From: Octopus sinensis
Taxonomy: Eukaryota
Direction: 5' to 3'
Assembly (NCBI RefSeq): GCF_006345805.1
Contig: NC_042997.1
Coordinates: 89,032,001-89,096,000 of the forward strand
DNA length: 64,000 bases
Part shown: one piece after another, positions 57,401 through 64,000 of the stretch
How positions within the stretch are numbered: position 1 is the first letter of the stretch
How the letters are laid out: each line of letters starts with the position of its first letter
The notes under the pieces: model-generated
Seen by the model: only the letters and a program-made list of their open reading frames with translations
What the model was told of the DNA's origin: nothing
Database searches by the model: none
Position numbers and translations under genes: made by a program

Positions 57401-58452
57401 GTCGTGCTGTAAAAGACGCGTTCAGTTTCCAGTAACCAGGACCCTGCCTATGTGTCTTATCTAAGTCAAGTGTACAAGTCACAAACTTGTGATCTGTGTA
57501 ACTGACTATATGAAATTGTGGACAACCTACACTATTTTTTATCTATTGTCCTACAGAATACTCTATCTAAGTATGATCTGGACGACCCGATGCGGGTACT
57601 CCATGTCCACATTGGCACATTCGGGTGGTCCAGTCGGTACCTGTCAGACAGTTGGAAACGTCTGAGCAGGTCTTTGAGGCATTTGCATCCCCTTCTATTG
57701 CTATCTCTGCCACGTAGTCTAGATGCGTGTCCAGGGTGGCATTCCAATCCCCCACTAAAAGTAAAGGACGAGACGTTCCCATGAAAGACTCTAGACGTCG
57801 AAAGAAATCTGGTCGGCCTGTGTAAGGACGGAGCATAAACTGCTATCAGTCGAAAAGCACACTCATTGCTGCCATCGACATCCAAAACGACCAGCCTACC
57901 CTCGGGTCTAGGAAATTTGCTCTTACTTTGAGATCCAGACTCTTCCGGATAAGCACCGCGGTGCCACCTCCGCCCATTCTCGGTAGACACGGAGAGAAAA
58001 AATAAATGTTGAAATGTGTACCGAAAATGTGCTGGAGTGCCCGCAAGCTCTGGAGTCTGGTCTCACTGATGGCTATGATATTCAGATTTAGTGACTTGAT
58101 GTCATTTAACAGGTAGCCTTGTTTCCAAGGCGACCCCAAGCCACGTACATTTATACTACCTATTCTGAGCATGTTCCGATAAAAGTGCAAAAAAAAGGAA
58201 AAGGAGAGAGAAAAGTTACTTGTTTTTCGAAAGTTCTTGTCTTTCACCTCACGGTCTTCTTCTATGAGGCTTTTATACAGTTTTTTCGATGAGTACTTTT
58301 GAAATCTCCCTACTGCATCAGGGGGTAAAGAGATTTCAGGGTGCTGTATGTGTTCTGTGTCACGTGTATTATTAATTGTTGTGGTTGTGGTGGTGGTTGT
58401 ATGTGTTTGTATGTGGTTTTTATGTCGTTTTCAGTAATGTTAGTGTTTGACC
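54415..58452 (-). mobile_element. Tx1/L1-clade non-LTR retrotransposon, 5'-truncated: probable ORF1 C-terminal remnant, frameshifted ORF2 (APE endonuclease + reverse transcriptase), 3' UTR with AATAAA
   Basis: Minus-strand frames give APE motifs (MLRIGSINVRGL, IAISETRL, LIAVYAP, LVGDWNA, SYLDRVF, YTDHK, PGYWKLN) and RT motifs (KSPGLDGLPYEFY, FRPITLLNADLK, LDQSKAFDRVDH, VRQGCPLS, SAYADDVT, LSLKGRAEVAN). AATAAA lies just before the (ATCT)n flank. Confidence 0.95.
54738..58172 (-). pseudogene. Tx1/L1 ORF2 (EN-RT) pseudogene with multiple frameshifts
   Basis: ATG at 58172 (MLRIGS...). The motif order EN > RT > C-terminus is spread over at least 10 ORF-track fragments in shifting frames. A probable stop follows ...ILSMIL near 54738. 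Confidence 0.9.
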
Positions 58453-59085
<633 letters not shown>

Positions 59086-60524
59086 GCAGGTGTTTGTTCG
59101 AACCCCATATCCGGTAATTACGTATTTTTCCGACAGCAAAGCTATACGGTTTCAAAAGTGTGCTTATGTTGTATTTTTATTGTAGTTCTGGACAAAATGT
59201 TTTGCAATGTTTAGTCACGTTCTTTTACATTCTGTATCTACATTTTACAAAAGTCAACTTTTCTTTCCATCTTTCCACGCTCTATAGAACATGAATCAGA
59301 CATTTACATGACTTGGTTCAATCGACTATTTCCATTCTACAGTGTTTTCTAACTATATTATTTGATCGATTTGAATATTTCTAATGTAAACGCTTATCGT
59401 CTAACGCATATGCAAACACACTCAGTTTTATTGGTTGTATTACTTGTTAAAATAGCGCAGTAATCGAAGAAACAAAACAAGTTTAATTAGCCTCGTCAGA
59501 ATTTAAAAGTTTTCTGTTCTGAAAGTGTGAGCAGAGGCTCTAAATCCTGCTCGAACATCTTTTTTATGCATCGTAGCGAGAAATACCCGTAAGTAAAGTA
59601 ATATCCCGAGTTCTAGAACTTTACGGTTTTCAAGTCACGTAAGGGGCCGAAATTACAACATTCACCAATCGTCGCAGGATTACTCATTTGTAGTTGAGTG
59701 GATTGGAGCAACGTGAAGGAAAGAGTTTTGCTCAAGAACACAACACATCTGGAAATCGTAACCACGATTCTACGAGCAGCACCCTAACCATTATGCCACG
59801 TGCCTTCAAAAAAATAAAAATGCCCGTACTGTATTATAATTTAGTTATATTAAGTTCAACATTTATGTTTATCTGATTTATTACATAAAGAACTACAGTT
59901 CCTAATTATTTAGTTCGAGAAAATGTTTCCTAGTTATAGCATCCACCGTATTGTAGATAAAAACCCTGTTTTCATAGATGAATTAGTTTCATATTAGCCA
60001 CTTGTCATACCGCTATCATTTACAAAAGAAAAATAAGTCAGTATCAAGAAATTTAACAAGCAGAAAAAGAAAACAAAGAAAATGAAACAAAGTTAAAATT
60101 GGAAACCATCTATGTAGGAAACAAATCTCAAAATATGCGACAAAGCGCTATAGAAAGAAATTAACTGCACCAGCTTCAACCACAACCATAGCAGCAGTCA
60201 CTTTAACAACTTCAAGTAGTGTACCCATACCTCAACAGCAAGCAGAATCTTACTAAAATAAGCCGCTAAAGAAACTTTCCATACAAAAACCACTCTTTCT
60301 CACTTCTGTGTCCCTTATCATCCAAGAACACAAGACCACAAAATACGTGTACGTTCCACCAGGTTCACAACCGTGTCTCATTACTATCATATTCGGAGCT
60401 TTGAATATTTCTACTCCACTGCTGTTGTCGTTGTCGTCTTGGTCGTCATCCTCGTGCTTGACTTTCTTATTTTTATTGTCGTTGTTATTATAAATGTTTG
60501 TGTTAGGCATTGTTCTATTTATCC

Positions 60525-60696
<172 letters not shown>

Positions 60697-60737
60697 GTCT
60701 GTCTGTCTGTCTGTCTATCTGTCTATCTAAAATTCTA

Positions 60738-61040
60738 TATATTGGGCAATCCCATAAATAATGCGGTTTTTTTTCAATTGCATGAATTAAAAGTCAGAGC
60801 GGGGCGAGATAAACTACCTGCATCAACTTGCTATAAAAGCAAGTGATAGTTTTACCTTGTACTTATTCTTAGTGCAGGTTTTGACGAGTACAGGTCTATT
60901 TTAAGTTATTTTATCAAAGCTATAATGGAAGTGACAAAGAAGCATACTCGGCATATTTTGCTTTATGAGTTCAATAAAGGCAACAACGCAACGGAAAGTG
61001 CGTGGAATATTAATGCAGTATATGGAGATCGGACAATAAG
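60738..61040 (+). mobile_element. mariner 5' fragment (TIR + transposase N-terminal HTH), truncated by (GT)n
   Basis: MEVTKKHTRHILLYEFNKGNNATESAWNINAVYGDRTISV is a typical mariner N-terminus. TA-TTGGGCAATCCCATAAATAATGCGG is a TIR-like start. Confidence 0.8.
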
Positions 61041-61075
61041 TGTGTGTTGTATGTGTGTGTGTGTTATGTGTGTGT

Positions 61076-61116
<41 letters not shown>

Positions 61117-61649
61117 TACCCCTACCATCGCTTGACAATCGATGTTGCTGTGTTTACGTCCCCGTAACTTAGCTGTTTGGCAAAACACACCAATACAATA
61201 AGTACTTGGCTTACAAAGAATAAATCCTCGGATCGATTTCTTCGGTTAAAAGCGATGCTCCAGCATGGCCGCAGTCACGTGACCGAAACAAGTAAAACAA
61301 TAAAAAAACTATGCCAGTTTAACCCCGAGCAACGCCAGGTATCTCTGCTAGTTATAGATAAATAAAGCTGTCAGTTTGAGGAGGAAGCAGACATTCAAGT
61401 TATGAAACATATTAGCTGCCATAAATTTCTTAAGTAAGCAAGTACTACGGTGCAGAGGACATAGTAATTCAGCAGGTCTAAAAACTCTGAAAACCGGAAC
61501 ATTTATTAAGGTATCTTTTTTAAGAGACAATATGATTTTTGTCTCAAATTTTTTGTACCTTTAGCTAGCCACAAACGCTACTTTGAGGTTTTGAAGGACT
61601 TACAGTTGAAACGGCTGAAAAAAGGAAAGAATAATCGAAATGATGTGGA

Positions 61650-62275
61650 AATTTACTATCAATATTATCCACACACCTATAAACTATATTGTCAGCCATC
61701 CGCATCATTATGAAGTCACGCGTGGTTAATGAATTTACCAATGAGAAATAGTCTGTATAAATGGACAGTATTCAAAACACTACAATGATTTTCTACGAAA
61801 CCATTATTTTGCCTTATGTTTTGTTGGACGCAATAAAATAATGCTGCTTGTTTGGGAAAAACGTTTCAGACGCTACTGGTTGGAATAATACCAACAAGTG
61901 AAGCCTATGTTGTATTGATTAAAACATCTGGACTCTCAAGACATCATTAAAACAATAAGAAATTTCATCGGAAAAAACTAACCAAATGTTCGTAACGAGG
62001 AAAGCGATTTTGCAATAAAGTGGACGACTGGCAGTATGAACAGCAGAGCAGCTGAGCTGAAGAGCAGCTTTCTGGGAATCCTTGAGCTATGCTAGTCAGC
62101 AGAGTCAGGGGTAACAAATACTGTGGGAAGGTGGGAGAAAGCTGTGAAGCGTTAGACAGTTTGAGGTAGGAATAGAAACAAAAGAAGGTAAGGCATAAAA
62201 TTAGCTCATCAGACCTCAACTAACCTCAGCCACATCATCCAAACCGACCGGTTGAAACCAGGCTTAGCTGCTAGT
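61650..62275 (+). mobile_element. Non-autonomous Helitron-like element (5' boundary uncertain)
   Basis: Ends CCACATCATCCAAACCGACCGGTTGAAACCAGGCTTAGCTGCTAG-T, the same terminus as 3385-3447. Confidence 0.5.
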
Positions 62276-62314
62276 ATACATATATATATATATGCATACA
62301 TATGTGTGTGTGTG

Positions 62315-62359
<45 letters not shown>

Positions 62360-62468
62360 CATATATAATATATATATATATTATATATATAATATATATG
62401 TATATACATATAATATATATATACATATATAATATATACATATATATATATATATATAATATATATAC

Positions 62469-62507
<39 letters not shown>

Positions 62508-62600
62508 ATATACACATATATATATATATACATATATATTATATATTATAACATATTATATATATATATATATATACATATATAATATATAATATAATAT

Positions 62601-62631
<31 letters not shown>

Positions 62632-62650
62632 GTGTGTGTGGTGTATATAC

Positions 62651-62709
<59 letters not shown>

Positions 62710-63017
62710 ATACATATAATAATATAATATATATTATATACATATATATATGTGGTGTGTGTGTGTGTGTGTGTTGTATAATTGACACCCAGTGAGGGTC
62801 GAGTTCTGCACATCCTCGTATATACCGTCTGCAAACACGTCCGCATAGACCCATGTGAATATGGACATATTCACATTCTCACCAATACACGTACATGAAA
62901 TTATATCCCCATGCACATCGGCATACGGTTTCACGATCCAATGTAAGTTCCTGATCTAACATAGGGAAGGCTCCAGGTGCGGTGTTTTCATAAAGAAAGA
63001 ACACAAATGGGTTAAAG

Positions 63018-63077
63018 TTCACTACAGCTGTTTCAGACGAGTTTTTCATTACTGAAAAAACGTTTTCTTCAGGTGAA
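63018..63077 (-). ncRNA. Minimal type I hammerhead ribozyme-like motif
   Basis: UUCAC-CUGAAGA-(stem II with GUAA tetraloop)-GAAA-CAGCUG-UA-GUGAA: 5-bp stem I, intact core, palindromic stem III. Confidence 0.75.
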
Positions 63078-63353
63078 TTAAAATTTAAAATTATCATTCA
63101 TCTTTTATCTGCTCCAGTTATTGGATTGCAGCCATGCTGGAGTAATCAACTCCACAGATTTAGCCGAACGACTCAACGTAATCTTAAGCACTTAATTTTT
63201 AGTCGGGTATTTACTCTATCGATCTCTTCGATAGAGCCGTTATGTAAACGAAGCAACACCGATTATCAAGTGTCGGAGTGGGAAACAAACATAACCACAC
63301 ATACACATATACATATACACACACATTATCAACAGACAGACAGACAGACAAAC

Positions 63354-63465
<112 letters not shown>

Positions 63466-64000
63466 GAGACAGACCTCTACACTGTCTCCGTCTATCAACC
63501 AAATTTATTCACAATGCATTGGTCGGTCCAGGCCCATAATTGAAGTCACTCGCCCCAGCTGCTGCACAGTGATACAGAACCCGACACCACGCGGTTGCAA
63601 AGCAAGCTTCTTAACTACACATCCATACCTGTATACAAACATCTAAGTTTAAAAAACAAATACGATTTAAATATTTGGGTTCTTAAATATATTAAGCATC
63701 ACCTATTTGCCGCAAAAAGAACCCATCAAAAGGTAGAACAAAATTGTAATCGCATTCCAGATGTTCACATTAACGATTATACTGCAATGTGCCTAGCATA
63801 TCTTTCTATCAAATTAAGCAGTGTTTTGCTGCAGTTAATTACCAATTCTACCTCTATAAATGCTACCCTTAATGCCCAGTTAGTTTCGCAATTTCCTTAA
63901 CATGCAGCAAATTTTATGTGTGTGTATGTATGTATGTATGTATGTATGTATGTATGTATGTATGTATGTATGTATGTATGTATACACGCGCATATTATGA

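Overview
This is AT-rich, microsatellite-saturated eukaryotic DNA. Its repeat landscape (dense (AT)n/(CA)n/(GATA)n/(CATA)n tracts, tRNA-derived SINEs, R4/Dong, RTE, Tx1 and mariner relics) fits a cephalopod, probably Octopus; the species is my inference. No intact protein-coding gene, rRNA, true tRNA or CRISPR array is supportable, and most ORFs in the track are microsatellite artefacts. Recognisable elements: a near-complete but frameshifted Tx1/L1-clade ORF2 (about 54.4-58.45 kb, minus) sitting inside a (GATA)n tract; an R4/Dong-clade LINE 3' half between (TAA)n tracts; mariner, maT (DD37D-like) and Tc1 transposase relics; hAT and Tc1 MITEs; CRE and RTE fragments; Helitron-type 3' ends; a probable solo LTR; and more than 20 SINE copies. 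The most interesting unannotated signal is a dispersed set of minimal type I hammerhead-ribozyme-like motifs (CUGANGA...GAAA with a palindromic loopless stem III, as in Penelope-like elements), with different stems in each copy. Two of them lie in the spacers of large fold-back elements, one of which has a 12-bp target-site duplication. A few isolated candidate exons of an unidentified host gene are possible but unproven. Coordinates of degenerate repeats are approximate.
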